A DNA stretch of 64,000 bases from a bacterium. Lineage in GTDB: Bacteria > Patescibacteriota > Patescibacteriia > 2-12-FULL-60-25. Shown piece by piece: positions 53,802 to 63,171 of this stretch. The position numbers were made by a program, and so were the translations under genes. The stretch covers positions 182,625 through 246,624 of the forward strand of contig JAJYXM010000016.1 in NCBI GenBank assembly GCA_021796435.1, read 5' to 3'. Below the pieces are notes generated by a model. That model had not been told where the DNA came from. It saw nothing but the letters and a program-made list of their open reading frames with translations, and ran no database searches. Every line of letters begins with the position of its first letter. The first letter of the stretch is position 1.

Positions 53802-54959
53802 ATGGATTTTAATAGACCCACAATACGCAAAGAATATGTACCCAAGATGGGTAACCGCTTGGCGGGAGGGGATACGGTACGGACACCAGACAGGGTGCCT
53901 TCGGGAGTCGAGGTTTCTTTGGAGATGGCGCTTAAGGCGTTGCTTGCGCGGGCCGAGAAGGAAAATCCGCATATCGCAAGGCTGTCTTTGCGTCTTCTTT
54001 CCAAGGGGGGAGAGAACATAGTGCTTGAATCCAGTGGTGCGAAGCACAAGGGTACGGTGTATAAGTTCAATTTCTTGAATTCATGGCCGGTCCTGATAGC
54101 GTCGAGCATGGGGCAAGAGGCGTTTGATGCGGCGGTCTCTGCGATGAAGGAGAAACAATCTACGCGAGAAGCCGACAATAAGGAGTTGCGTCAGTATTTC
54201 GGCGACACGGCGGTCATCCCGCAACGGTCTTTCGTCTGGAATGTGCCGGTCAGCTTCGATTTGGCGAAAAGCCTGATGCCAAAGCAGAAACTCCACGCAG
54301 TCGGGGCAGCCGAATCGATACCTGTTTGGGTGACGATGCAGCGCAAGATGGATCTGAGAAGTGATGACGTGCTTTCGGTGACCGGATACTATCCTGAGGA
54401 TCAGTACAACCGGCCGCCGGGCGAAAAGCCTACAATCTCTGACGAAGCCTATGATTTGGCTCACGAGATCCTGATCGGGCACGAACCGTTCGGTACGATG
54501 GACCATGAAAAGATGGATGCGATCGTCGCCATGTACCCTGATCTCGGGACATTAAATATGATGTGCCATGAGAGCCCGGCTTTCAGGGACAGATTGGCTG
54601 ATTTGACGTCACGCTTGATCTCTTATGCCAAGGAGACAGGCAAGGTGCTGGATCTTGCCGGGGATAACAACCTATTGTTGGAGAGGAAAGAAAAAGGGTG
54701 GAAGACCATATTGCTGGATGTGTTGCCAGGCATAGACATAAAATTCGATGATATCCTGCCTGTGTTAGAGAAATACAAGACGGCGGATGGCCCCTCAAGG
54801 ATGCGCTTGGGATATGCCTTGAATGTCTTGAATACGGTCAGGTTCAGTAATGCACTCGCGGAGATAAGCGGAGTCAAGGAACGAATCGCGATCGACGGTT
54901 TGGAGCAAGTCCCGGCAGCTTACTGGCGAGAGAATCTGCCGTCTTTGCTGCAAAGATGA
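53802..54959 (+). CDS. hypothetical protein, paralog 1 of a tandem pair; putative atypical kinase-like fold
   Basis: 385 aa. The ordered motifs resemble protein-kinase-like landmarks: a Gly-rich segment (SKGGENIVLE), an invariant Lys (GTVYKF), DLAGDNN (D-x4-N) and LLD about 20 aa later. Clear colinear similarity to the downstream gene. Confidence 0.55.
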   Translation: MDFNRPTIRKEYVPKMGNRLAGGDTVRTPDRVPSGVEVSLEMALKALLARAEKENPHIARLSLRLLSKGGENIVLESSGAKHKGTVYKFNFLNSWPVLIASSMGQEAFDAAVSAMKEKQSTREADNKELRQYFGDTAVIPQRSFVWNVPVSFDLAKSLMPKQKLHAVGAAESIPVWVTMQRKMDLRSDDVLSVTGYYPEDQYNRPPGEKPTISDEAYDLAHEILIGHEPFGTMDHEKMDAIVAMYPDLGTLNMMCHESPAFRDRLADLTSRLISYAKETGKVLDLAGDNNLLLERKEKGWKTILLDVLPGIDIKFDDILPVLEKYKTADGPSRMRLGYALNVLNTVRFSNALAEISGVKERIAIDGLEQVPAAYWRENLPSLLQR

Positions 54960-54960
54960 T

Positions 54961-56076
54961 ATGGGAAGAATAGAGAAAATGTTCAGAGAGACCAAAGTCG
55001 CGGCGAAAGCCACCTTCAATAGGGCGAAGCGCGGTTTTTCTCCGATCGAACCCGCGATGGCGGCAGCCGTGGATACTGCACTGACGAACCAGAAACATTG
55101 GCCGTATCTGGCGGCGAGAGGCGGGGAGCATCTGGTTTTTTCGTTCGATGATCCACGCTTGCAGGGCATAGTCTATAAGGTGAGCTATTTCGAGAGCTTG
55201 CCGATTTTGAGCGCTTGGTATGAGGGCGAAGATGCCGTTGAACGAAAATTGGAGTCCATGCATGAGGAGATGGACCAGCGTACGGCGAAACTCAAACGGA
55301 TGCGTGAATATTTCGGTTTCAACGCTGTGCCGCCGCAGCGTTTTGTGATCAAAAAATTGCCGGTGACCCATGCGTTGATCATGGCTCTGAAAGCGGAACA
55401 TCTAGTGCAGGGAATGGATTTGCCTAAAGAGCTGCCGGTTTGGGTGTGCGTCCAAAGAAAAATCAAGAAACCTGAAGGGCAGACCTATTCTTTGAACGGA
55501 TATTATCCGGAAAGCAAGAAAAGGCTTGGCAGGTCTTGGAGCAAGGAGGATATCGAGACTTATGACGCAGCGCATGATGTATTGTTCGGTGGTCCGTTGA
55601 GTGGGATGGATCAAGCGTCGCAGGAGCGATGGGTATTGTTGGAATATCCGGAGCTTCTTCCATTGTGGCAGGCGATGATAGGAGATCCGGCCCTCAAGAA
55701 AGAATTGCAGGATGTCGTCAAGAAGCTCATCACTTATACTAAAGAAACTGGTGAGTTGATGGAGTTGGCTGGGGAAGAGAATGCGGTTCTGCTTAAGGAG
55801 AAAGCCGGGTGGCAGGTCAAGTTGTTCGACGCTTTGCCCACGAAGGGCTTAAATCTTGAGAGATTCAGGGAAGTAACGGCGAAGTTAAAGTCCGGTAGGT
55901 CTTTGACGATGCCACAGAGATATGTGGCGATGAATGGTCTGAATACCTTGCGTTTCATCAACGCTTTGGCGCTGATCGCGGAAGTCCCGGAGAGGATGGT
56001 AGAGCCTGATGTATTATCCGTACCAGCTGAGACTTGGCGGCAAGAGATATCTAAAATCTTCAAAGACAAGACATAA
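54961..56076 (+). CDS. hypothetical protein, paralog 2 of the tandem pair; putative (pseudo)kinase-like fold
   Basis: 371 aa, colinear with paralog 1 (GIVYKVSYF, REYFGFNAVPPQRF, LPVWVCVQRK, NGYYPE, YDAAHDVLFG, ELAGEENAVLLKEKAGWQVKLFDALP, LNTLRFINALA). The putative catalytic Asp positions are Glu. Confidence 0.55.
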   Translation: MGRIEKMFRETKVAAKATFNRAKRGFSPIEPAMAAAVDTALTNQKHWPYLAARGGEHLVFSFDDPRLQGIVYKVSYFESLPILSAWYEGEDAVERKLESMHEEMDQRTAKLKRMREYFGFNAVPPQRFVIKKLPVTHALIMALKAEHLVQGMDLPKELPVWVCVQRKIKKPEGQTYSLNGYYPESKKRLGRSWSKEDIETYDAAHDVLFGGPLSGMDQASQERWVLLEYPELLPLWQAMIGDPALKKELQDVVKKLITYTKETGELMELAGEENAVLLKEKAGWQVKLFDALPTKGLNLERFREVTAKLKSGRSLTMPQRYVAMNGLNTLRFINALALIAEVPERMVEPDVLSVPAETWRQEISKIFKDKT

Positions 56077-56139
56077 CAAAACATCCTCTTGCGAGGATGT
56101 CTTGTATGGTGGACGGCAGAGGAGTCGAACCTCTGACCT
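56073..56139. repeat. direct repeat copy A (hairpin plus tRNA-Val 3' portion)
   Basis: ATAACAAAACATCCTCTTGCGAGGATGTCTTGTATGGTGGACGGCAGAGGAGTCGAACCTCTGACCT repeats at 56462-56528 with 2-3 mismatches. Confidence 0.75.
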
Positions 56140-56174
56140 CCCCGGTGTCCACCGGGGCGCTCTAATCAATCATC
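56107..56174 (-). pseudogene. partial duplicate of tRNA-Val (D-loop to CCA end, lacking the 5' acceptor strand)
   Basis: The minus strand reads GATTAGAGCG-CCCCGGTGGACACCGGGG-AGGTCAGAGGTTCGACTCCTCTGCCGTCCACCA. The T-arm and acceptor 3' strand are identical to the intact tRNA-Val. The anticodon-arm region is altered but keeps GAC. No complementary 5' acceptor strand is present. Confidence 0.6.
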
Positions 56175-56180
56175 TTTTTG

Positions 56181-56447
56181 TTAATTCGAATCGATGAAAA
56201 TCTTTTTTTCTTTGATGATTCGTTTAATCAAGCTCCTATCTTTCCAAGATTTAATTCTATATTCTAACCGTCTCGCTTGAAGTAAGGTCTTAGTTTCACG
56301 ATAGAATTCACATGACCATGGTCGTCCCGAGGCTGTGGACTTAGTCATCCCTGTATTGTGTTCGTGTAAGCGTCGGTTTAGATTATCGGTCGATCCGATA
56401 TAAAAGCGATTTCGTGTTTTTGAAAATAAGATGTAACAGTAGGCCAT
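56181..56447 (-). CDS. GIY-YIG nuclease family protein (homing-endonuclease-like)
   Basis: 88 aa with the GIY-YIG core (YCYILFSKTRNRFYIGSTDNLNRRLHEHN...). Lies between the two repeat copies. Confidence 0.85.
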   Translation of the reverse strand: MAYCYILFSKTRNRFYIGSTDNLNRRLHEHNTGMTKSTASGRPWSCEFYRETKTLLQARRLEYRIKSWKDRSLIKRIIKEKKIFIDSN

Positions 56448-56461
56448 GCTCCAGAGCTAAT

Positions 56462-56528
56462 ATAACAAAACATCCTCTTGCGAGGATGTTTTGCATGGTG
56501 GACGGCAGAGGAGTCGAACCTCTGACCT
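56462..56528. repeat. direct repeat copy B (hairpin plus tRNA-Val 3' portion)
   Basis: See copy A. This copy continues into the intact tRNA-Val. Confidence 0.75.
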
Positions 56529-56572
56529 TCACAATGTCAATGTGACGCTCTAACCAACTGAGCTAGCCGTCC
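56496..56572 (-). tRNA. tRNA-Val (anticodon GAC), CCA-encoded
   Basis: The minus strand reads GGACGGCTAGCTCAGTTGGTTAGAGCGTCACATTGACATTGTGAAGGTCAGAGGTTCGACTCCTCTGCCGTCCACCA. Cloverleaf has a 7-bp acceptor, D-arm, anticodon loop TTGACAT and T-loop TTCGACT. Confidence 0.85.
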
Positions 56573-56732
56573 GGACTTAGTCATTTTTAGTGTCTAAAAT
56601 GCGGTGCAAATTTAGCCGAAAAGATGGAATATGTCAAACAGCTCTGGAGACCGTAGGTTGGTGCGTGTGATACTTGTCTCGGGATGTGCTATAATCAAAC
56701 GGACATTAATCATTTCCTAATATCCTCATTTT

Positions 56733-57305
56733 ATGGAGGCGAAAAGACCAAAACAAAAACGTACTGTTAGAAAGACACCAAAAGCATCGGGTTCACCGAT
56801 CCCTTGCGGTCCTACCGGCGGCTCCATGGAAGACATGCCGAGTACATGCGGGCATTATGGTTGTACCGGTGGTACATGCAACGTCAGGTATGTCGGTCCG
56901 ACGACACATATCCGTGATCATCACATCGTACATGCAGCGAGGGGCGCCTCCAATGTCTGGACGGCCGCAATCGTAGCTGGTTTGGCGGTGGTGTTGACTG
57001 GCGCGATCGCCTATACCGCACTAGGCGCTGATTATAACCAACCGGCGATCAATAACATGGGTGGTCAATTCAGCTTGATCAACCAAAGGCTTGATCGCAT
57101 GGAAGATATGATGCAGGCAGTCATGGACAAGCAGCAACAACCCGTCGTGACACAGAACCCAGCGCCTACCCAATCGAGCAATGATGCATGTCTGTCGACC
57201 TGTTCGGATGCGACGCTGGCATGCTTCGATAAAGCCGGAGATGACGTGCCTGCAAGGCAGGATTGTTTGGCTACGGACAGGGCCTGCAGGGCAGCTTGTA
57301 AGTGA
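56733..57305 (+). CDS. hypothetical single-pass membrane protein with an N-terminal Cys cluster (zinc-ribbon-like) and a Cys-rich extracytoplasmic tail
   Basis: CGPTGG...CGHYGCTGGTC, then a TM helix (VWTAAIVAGLAVVLTGAIAYTAL), then 6 Cys in the C-terminal 45 aa. A perfect TATAAT lies about 50 nt upstream. Confidence 0.4.
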   Translation: MEAKRPKQKRTVRKTPKASGSPIPCGPTGGSMEDMPSTCGHYGCTGGTCNVRYVGPTTHIRDHHIVHAARGASNVWTAAIVAGLAVVLTGAIAYTALGADYNQPAINNMGGQFSLINQRLDRMEDMMQAVMDKQQQPVVTQNPAPTQSSNDACLSTCSDATLACFDKAGDDVPARQDCLATDRACRAACK

Positions 57306-57352
57306 TTAACGAGGACATAAAACAAAAACTTCCCGACATGGGAAGTTTTTGT

Positions 57353-58552
57353 TCAGGTGCGCGTGTTCTTCAGCGCTGACATGGTCTGTTTAAGCTTGTC
57401 GATTATCTGATGGCTCGTCGTCACGATATCGCCGCCGGGCGGGAAATCGAGTTCCGCATATTCACGCGTACCTGTCGCGCCGAACGGGCGGGCCAGTTCC
57501 GCGGCGGAAAGCGTGCCATTGGCATGGATCATGGCTTTTCCGGATTCGGAGATCAATACGATGACTTTAGCCTCAGGGGCATAAGAGATGAGTTCTTTGG
57601 CGACTCCGTTCAGGTCGTCCAATCCGGTGCCGGTCTCTACGGCGTCTTGGTTGGTCAGGATGCTCCAGACCAAGCCGAGGTCGCGGTCCTGCTCCAGATG
57701 CGTAAGCGCTTTGCCCCAAAGTTTGAGCGTCGGGACTGTGCGTGTCCGCCAGATGCCATGTACTATCTCTTCGCGGCGCGCTCCGATGGCCAAGAGTTCG
57801 GAAGCCTTACCAAGGGTCAGGGGGGTCACGTTGGACGAGCGGAAAGATTGGGTGCGATAGATCATGCCGCTCAAAAGCGCGGTCGCGACGTCTTCATCTA
57901 TCAGGTTCTTGTTCCATTCCTTGAACAGGTCGAAGAGTATCTCCGTGCTGGACGACGCATTCAGGTCCACGAGATTGATTTGGCCCCAGTGTTCGTTCGC
58001 GGGATTGCAGTCGATGTTTATGATCGGTAGACGATAGATGAAATCTGCGTGGTCGCGGAAGAGCGCACCAAGCGAATGGATATCCGGGCAGTCCAGCGCG
58101 ATGATGAGGTCGAAACGGTCTTCGCCATGGCGGAAGCTTACGTCGCGCGGGGACCACTCTCCGGCTTTGGGTATAAGCGTGACGGTGAGTTGGCCGTCCT
58201 TCACGTCATAGTGCAATTCCTCGAGAGGGTTATGCGAAACGTCTAAAGATATCTCAAAAGCCCTTACTGCGCCCAGGGTGTCTTTCGTCTTATCCAGGCC
58301 CGGTAAGAAGTGCGGTTTGTTTTCCGTAGTCAGTCCCTTGGCCACCGTTTCGTATTGTTTGTTAAGTTTGGCCAAAAACAGCCCTAATGCGGCTGCGGCA
58401 GACAAACTGTCCGTTGTCCATGGCTCTTGGGTGACGATGAGGGTCCGTTTAGAGCGGGAAATCGCCTCAATCACTTGTCTTTTTACTTCGAAACCCATGT
58501 TCAGATAGATTAGATGATTGGCTAGCTTACATTTTGTTCGGCATAAGGTCAA
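57353..58552 (-). CDS. DHH/DHHA1-like protein with degenerate catalytic motifs (NrnA-like pseudo-phosphoesterase)
   Basis: Colinear with DHH phosphoesterases, but the DHH position reads IDCNPANE and no GGGH motif is present. The start is probably at MGFEVK (58498). Confidence 0.55.
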   Translation of the reverse strand: MTLCRTKCKLANHLIYLNMGFEVKRQVIEAISRSKRTLIVTQEPWTTDSLSAAAALGLFLAKLNKQYETVAKGLTTENKPHFLPGLDKTKDTLGAVRAFEISLDVSHNPLEELHYDVKDGQLTVTLIPKAGEWSPRDVSFRHGEDRFDLIIALDCPDIHSLGALFRDHADFIYRLPIINIDCNPANEHWGQINLVDLNASSSTEILFDLFKEWNKNLIDEDVATALLSGMIYRTQSFRSSNVTPLTLGKASELLAIGARREEIVHGIWRTRTVPTLKLWGKALTHLEQDRDLGLVWSILTNQDAVETGTGLDDLNGVAKELISYAPEAKVIVLISESGKAMIHANGTLSAAELARPFGATGTREYAELDFPPGGDIVTTSHQIIDKLKQTMSALKNTRT

Positions 58553-58665
58553 GGGTTTTTTGAAGTAAAATAGGGGTTTTTTGTAAATAATAGGTTTTAC
58601 ATGATTAAAGCCTCAATTAGGCAAATAATCAGGTTGCAGTAATGGCTTAAAGCCAGTAATATCCA

Positions 58666-61353
58666 TTGGTTGATATGCAAGAAAACGAAAAATGGCCAAA
58701 AGCCTACGATTCCTCGCAAGTGGAGAAGGATATCTATAAACACTGGGAAGAAAGCGGCTATTTTAACCCGGATACGCTACCGGAACGGAATCGTGGTGGA
58801 GAGATGTATAGCATCATGATGCCGCCGCCAAATGTCACGGGAGTCTTACATTTGGGTCATGCGATGGAGGATACGATCATGGACATCGCTGTCAGATTTC
58901 AGAGGATGCGCGGTAAGAAGGCGTTGTTGTTGCCAGGTACCGATCATGCGGCCATCGCGACGCAATCAAAAGTAGAAAAGTTATTGATGAAGGAGGGCGT
59001 CAAATATCCACGCGAGGAATTGGGGCGTGAGAAACTGGTGGAGAAGATCAGGGAATTCGCGGAGAACTCCAAGTCCACAATCTTGAGTCAGATCAGGGTA
59101 ATGGGCACAAGCTGTGATTGGTCGCGTTTAGCCTACACGCTTGATGAAGCGAGGAATCGAGCGGTCAACGAATTATTCGTCAGGATGTACAAGGATGGTT
59201 TGATTTATCGGGGATATAGAGTGGTCAATTGGTCCATCAAGGGTCAGATCACCTGTTCAGATGACGAAATCGTTTACATAGAAAGACCGGCTAAACTTTA
59301 TACATTCAAATACAGCAAGGATTTCCCTATAACGATCGCGACTACTCGTCCAGAGACGAAATTAGGGGACACGGCAGTGGCGGTGCATCCGGATGATGAA
59401 CGTTATAAAAAATACGTTGGTCAGACGTTCACTGTCGATATAGGCGCAGCGAAACCATTATTGATAAAGATCATCGCAGACGAAAGCGTAGAAAAGGATT
59501 TTGGGACTGGAGCTTTAGGGGTGACTCCTGCTCACAGCGCGGTAGATTTTACGATGTATGAAAAACAGAAAGCCAAGAATGATCCTATCGGTATCGTACC
59601 TGTGATTGGTACGGACGGCAGGATGACAGAAGCGGCAGGCAAGGATTATGTCGGCTTGACCGTCGAAGAAGCCAGGGAAAAATTCGTGTCTTGGCTGAAG
59701 ACGCGGGGTTTACTGGAGAGCGAAGAAGATATCACACAAAACGTCGGCACGTCTGATCGTTATGAGGACGTCGTGGAATCTTTGCCCATGACGCAGTGGT
59801 GGCTGGATATGAACAGGGAGATTCCAGGGCGTGGAAAGAGTTTACGCGACCTGATGCGCGAAGCCGTAACCACGGGATTAGACGGAAGTGCGGAGAAGAA
59901 AATCAGGATCATGCCTGAACGTATCGTCAAGGAGTACTTGGATCGCATTGATAATTTGCGCGATTGGTGTTTGTCTAGGCAGTTGTGGTGGGGGCATCGG
60001 ATCCCGGTCTGGTACAAAAAACAACCCGCCGTTACGAACGACGAATCTAGCGAGAAGGAGATGTATGTCGGAGCAGTTGCTCCCGAAGGAGAAGGGTGGG
60101 AACAGGATCCGGACACGTTGGATACGTGGTTTTCGTCAGGTTCTTGGACTTTTTCGACTTTGGGCTGGCCAGAAATAACGGAAGATCTGAAGCGCTATCA
60201 ACCGACAAGCTGGATGCAGATGGGTTATGAATTGAGATATTTATGGATGATGAGGATGATTTTGATGCATACCTACGTGCTAGAAGAGATTCCGTTCAAG
60301 GATTGTTATATCCATGGACTATTGAAGGATGAACATGGCAAGAAATTCTCGAAGTCTTCCGGCAACGGCATCGACCCGATCGAAGTCGTGGAGAGGTATG
60401 GATGCGACGCGCTTAGATTGAGTTTGATTTTGGGGATTTCACCAGGAAATGATTCCAAGTTCTATCTGGAGAAGGTAGAGGCAAATAGGAATCTGGTGAA
60501 TAAGATTTGGAATATTTCGAGATTCATCGTGTCATCGACTCAGGATACCGACTCCGCTTCGCGTGTGGAGGCAAAAACCCTGGCGGACAAATGGCTGTTG
60601 GCGAGACTCGCAGAGATAGAGTCTAGGGTAACGGAGATGCTTGAGAGCTATCAGTTTTCACAGGCGGGCGAGATGTTGCGCGACTTTACCTGGAGCGACT
60701 TAGCGGATTGGTACTTGGAGATTGCGAAAATCGAGAAGGGCAAGGAAGCGATATTGCGTCACATCCTCGAGACGGTTTTGAAATTATGGCATCCGTTCAT
60801 GCCGTTCGTGACGGAATACATCTGGGGATTGATGGGGAATAAGGATTTGATAGTGGCGGAGTGGCCAAAGGATGACGTACTGCGTACCGAGTACCGCGAA
60901 ACGGCAGAATTCGAAACAGTCCGCAATCTGGTGACCGATATCCGTAGGTTGCGGGCGGAGCAGGGAGTCGAACCGGCGAAATTTATAGAAGCTGGCGTGG
61001 CAGCAAGCGGTGACGATCAGCAGCGTCTGGAAGAAAACGTTGAAGTAATCAAACACTTGGCGCGTCTGTCGGAAATGAAATTAGTCGCGACGGTGCCGGA
61101 AGGTTGGGCGACTACCATTTCCGGTGTGATAACTGTCGGCATAAACGTCGCAGGTACGGTCGATAAAGAGAAGGAGAAAGCTAAAGCGGAAAAGGAGATA
61201 GCGGAACTCAAACCGTACATCACATCATTGCAGGCTAAGCTGCAGAATGAGGAATTCACCTCTAAAGCACCGGAGAAAGTCGTGCAGGGGATGAAGGATA
61301 AGCTGGCGGAGGCGGAAGCTAAACTCAAGGCGCTTGAAGATACGTCGACTTAG
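58666..61353 (+). CDS. valS: valine--tRNA ligase
   Basis: 895 aa class I aaRS with HIGH (PPPNVTGVLHLGHA), KMSKS (KFSKSSGNG) and a ValRS-type C-terminal coiled coil. Confidence 0.93.
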   Translation: MVDMQENEKWPKAYDSSQVEKDIYKHWEESGYFNPDTLPERNRGGEMYSIMMPPPNVTGVLHLGHAMEDTIMDIAVRFQRMRGKKALLLPGTDHAAIATQSKVEKLLMKEGVKYPREELGREKLVEKIREFAENSKSTILSQIRVMGTSCDWSRLAYTLDEARNRAVNELFVRMYKDGLIYRGYRVVNWSIKGQITCSDDEIVYIERPAKLYTFKYSKDFPITIATTRPETKLGDTAVAVHPDDERYKKYVGQTFTVDIGAAKPLLIKIIADESVEKDFGTGALGVTPAHSAVDFTMYEKQKAKNDPIGIVPVIGTDGRMTEAAGKDYVGLTVEEAREKFVSWLKTRGLLESEEDITQNVGTSDRYEDVVESLPMTQWWLDMNREIPGRGKSLRDLMREAVTTGLDGSAEKKIRIMPERIVKEYLDRIDNLRDWCLSRQLWWGHRIPVWYKKQPAVTNDESSEKEMYVGAVAPEGEGWEQDPDTLDTWFSSGSWTFSTLGWPEITEDLKRYQPTSWMQMGYELRYLWMMRMILMHTYVLEEIPFKDCYIHGLLKDEHGKKFSKSSGNGIDPIEVVERYGCDALRLSLILGISPGNDSKFYLEKVEANRNLVNKIWNISRFIVSSTQDTDSASRVEAKTLADKWLLARLAEIESRVTEMLESYQFSQAGEMLRDFTWSDLADWYLEIAKIEKGKEAILRHILETVLKLWHPFMPFVTEYIWGLMGNKDLIVAEWPKDDVLRTEYRETAEFETVRNLVTDIRRLRAEQGVEPAKFIEAGVAASGDDQQRLEENVEVIKHLARLSEMKLVATVPEGWATTISGVITVGINVAGTVDKEKEKAKAEKEIAELKPYITSLQAKLQNEEFTSKAPEKVVQGMKDKLAEAEAKLKALEDTST

Positions 61354-61461
61354 GGTTAAAAAGATAAGCTGTAGGTCATTATGTTGCTAAATAAATTACG
61401 TATGACTTGGTCAAGTTATAACGAGCTGACTGCCTGACTCAGAGACCAGGGCAACTTAATT

Positions 61462-61492
61462 TTGTAATCAAAATCCGCCCTGGTGGCGGATT
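61462..61492 (+). terminator. intrinsic terminator after valS
   Basis: aaaatccgcc-ctggtg-gcggatttt followed by gtgtt. Confidence 0.55.
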
Positions 61493-61506
61493 TTGTGTTA
61501 AAAAAT

Positions 61507-63027
61507 ATGATAAAACAGACCAGGCTTTATCAGCCGGAGAAATATAAGGTCTTCGTAGGCGAAGGGACGGGTGCGGCGTTATGCACCGTTTGGAATAATC
61601 CAGAGATCCTACATAGACAATCGGCCGTGGTCCGGAAAAGGTGCCATTTGGTGGGTTCGCTATACAGCCGTTTCGGGGTGAATGTCCTACTACGTAACTT
61701 GGCCCTGAATCCGCAAATCAGGAAATTATATCTTTGGGGCCATGGTCCGTTGTCCAACACGGCGTATGGTCGGCCGGGCGCTGAAATCCTACGTACCTTG
61801 TGGCAGCGTGGACCCCGGTCTGACGGCGGCGTTGAGGGCCTGGATTGGAAAATGGAGAAAGAAATGCCAGCGGATTTGGTCCGGGAGATAATAAGACATG
61901 TCGAGCTCCAAGATATCAGCCCAGAAGACTTCGGAGTCTTGGAGCGAAGAATCGAGAGTGAACAGACCACTGGAGAAGCATACATGAGCCCGATTTCCCT
62001 GCCGGAACCTAAGCTAGAGCAGGGCGCGAGTTTCCCTTCGGAGGAGATAGGCTGGCTTTTGCGTGACCGTAAAACGATTCAGGTCTGGAGTCGAGTGGTC
62101 GAGCGCGTAATGCGTTTCGGCACGGTAAAAGGCACGCAATACGGTTATCAGCAAAAGGAACTACTGGATGTCGACTGGATCGTGGAAGATGAGGATCCGT
62201 TGGAGCCGGACCTGATTCTCGCTCAAGATTGGCCAGAAGGAATGAAGGAAATAACAGGGGCGCGACATGAATCAATACTTGAATATCAGCGTGCGTTCCT
62301 TTCGCCCGAAGCCCTACCACAACTTTCGTATACCTATGGTAATCGCCTGCAGAGATATCCGAACGATACTGGAGGCATCGATCAGATACGCGAATCCATC
62401 ATAGCGCAACTTAAATCTTCATCGGATTCACGACGCGCTGTTGCCATCACGCTGTACCCGCCACAAGACGCCTACTCGCGTGAACCGCCGTGTCTAATCC
62501 TGGTCCAAACTCTGCAGAGTCGGAAACATCTGCATCTGATCGCGACTTTTCGTAGTCATGATGTATTCAAGGCTGCCATACCGAATGCCTTTGCCCTGAG
62601 ACTGCTGCAGCAGAATATTGCCGATGAGCTCGAGATGGAATTGGGTCGGCTTGCCATACATTCTCAGTCAGCACATATCTATGAGCAGGATTGGGCTCAG
62701 GCCAATGATTTGGCGGCCTGTTTCTTTTGGCAGCGCGAGGCAGGGGCGACATTTTGCCCGGAAGCGGAGGCTGATCCACGCGGTGTGGTCATAATCTCTG
62801 TGGAAGACGGGGCTATAAATGTCAGATTGCGCGATACGGATGGCCATGATCTCGTCAGCCTGTACGATAAGACTGCGAATAAGATAGCGCGGCAAATAAG
62901 CCATCTGGAATTGCTGAGCAAAAGCAGCCATCAAATTTATATCGGTATGGAGCTACAGAAGGCAGAGCTGGCTTTGATCAATGGTTGGCATTATGTACAG
63001 GATAAGCCTTTGGCGATTGAGAGATAA
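61507..63027 (+). CDS. thymidylate synthase (ThyA)-family protein with an N-terminal extension of about 230 aa
   Basis: The C-terminal half aligns with ThyA landmarks: YGNRLQRYPNDTGGIDQIRESIIAQLKSSSDSRRAVAITLYPP...REPPCL (ThyA: YGHQWR.W...G..IDQ......IK..PDSRRII.SAWN.....MALPPCH), RSHDVFKAAIPNAFA (RS.DVFLG.PFNIAS) and AHIYEQD (AHIY). The ATG at 61507 was chosen because the upstream GTG-extended ORF overlaps the valS terminator. Confidence 0.65.
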   Translation: MIKQTRLYQPEKYKVFVGEGTGAALCTVWNNPEILHRQSAVVRKRCHLVGSLYSRFGVNVLLRNLALNPQIRKLYLWGHGPLSNTAYGRPGAEILRTLWQRGPRSDGGVEGLDWKMEKEMPADLVREIIRHVELQDISPEDFGVLERRIESEQTTGEAYMSPISLPEPKLEQGASFPSEEIGWLLRDRKTIQVWSRVVERVMRFGTVKGTQYGYQQKELLDVDWIVEDEDPLEPDLILAQDWPEGMKEITGARHESILEYQRAFLSPEALPQLSYTYGNRLQRYPNDTGGIDQIRESIIAQLKSSSDSRRAVAITLYPPQDAYSREPPCLILVQTLQSRKHLHLIATFRSHDVFKAAIPNAFALRLLQQNIADELEMELGRLAIHSQSAHIYEQDWAQANDLAACFFWQREAGATFCPEAEADPRGVVIISVEDGAINVRLRDTDGHDLVSLYDKTANKIARQISHLELLSKSSHQIYIGMELQKAELALINGWHYVQDKPLAIER

Positions 63028-63171
63028 ATGAAGAAAAATTGAAGAGATAGCGGGAACTGAAGACCTTAGGGGATGAATGTTTGTTATTTGAAGATTGATT
63101 AAGCGTCGGACGTTGACGCCGGTGTTTTTGGTTGTTAGGGTAAAACTTGCGTTCCTTGAAAGGAGGACCGG

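Noticed and set aside
53105-56100. Search for tRNA-Ile/tRNA-Ala and a 23S downstream of the 16S
   Set aside because: Not present. The region is protein-coding, so the rRNA operon is split.
58553-58665. T-box riboswitch upstream of valS
   Set aside because: No AGGGUGGNACCGCG T-box motif or specifier/antiterminator arrangement is visible. Only a short hairpin.
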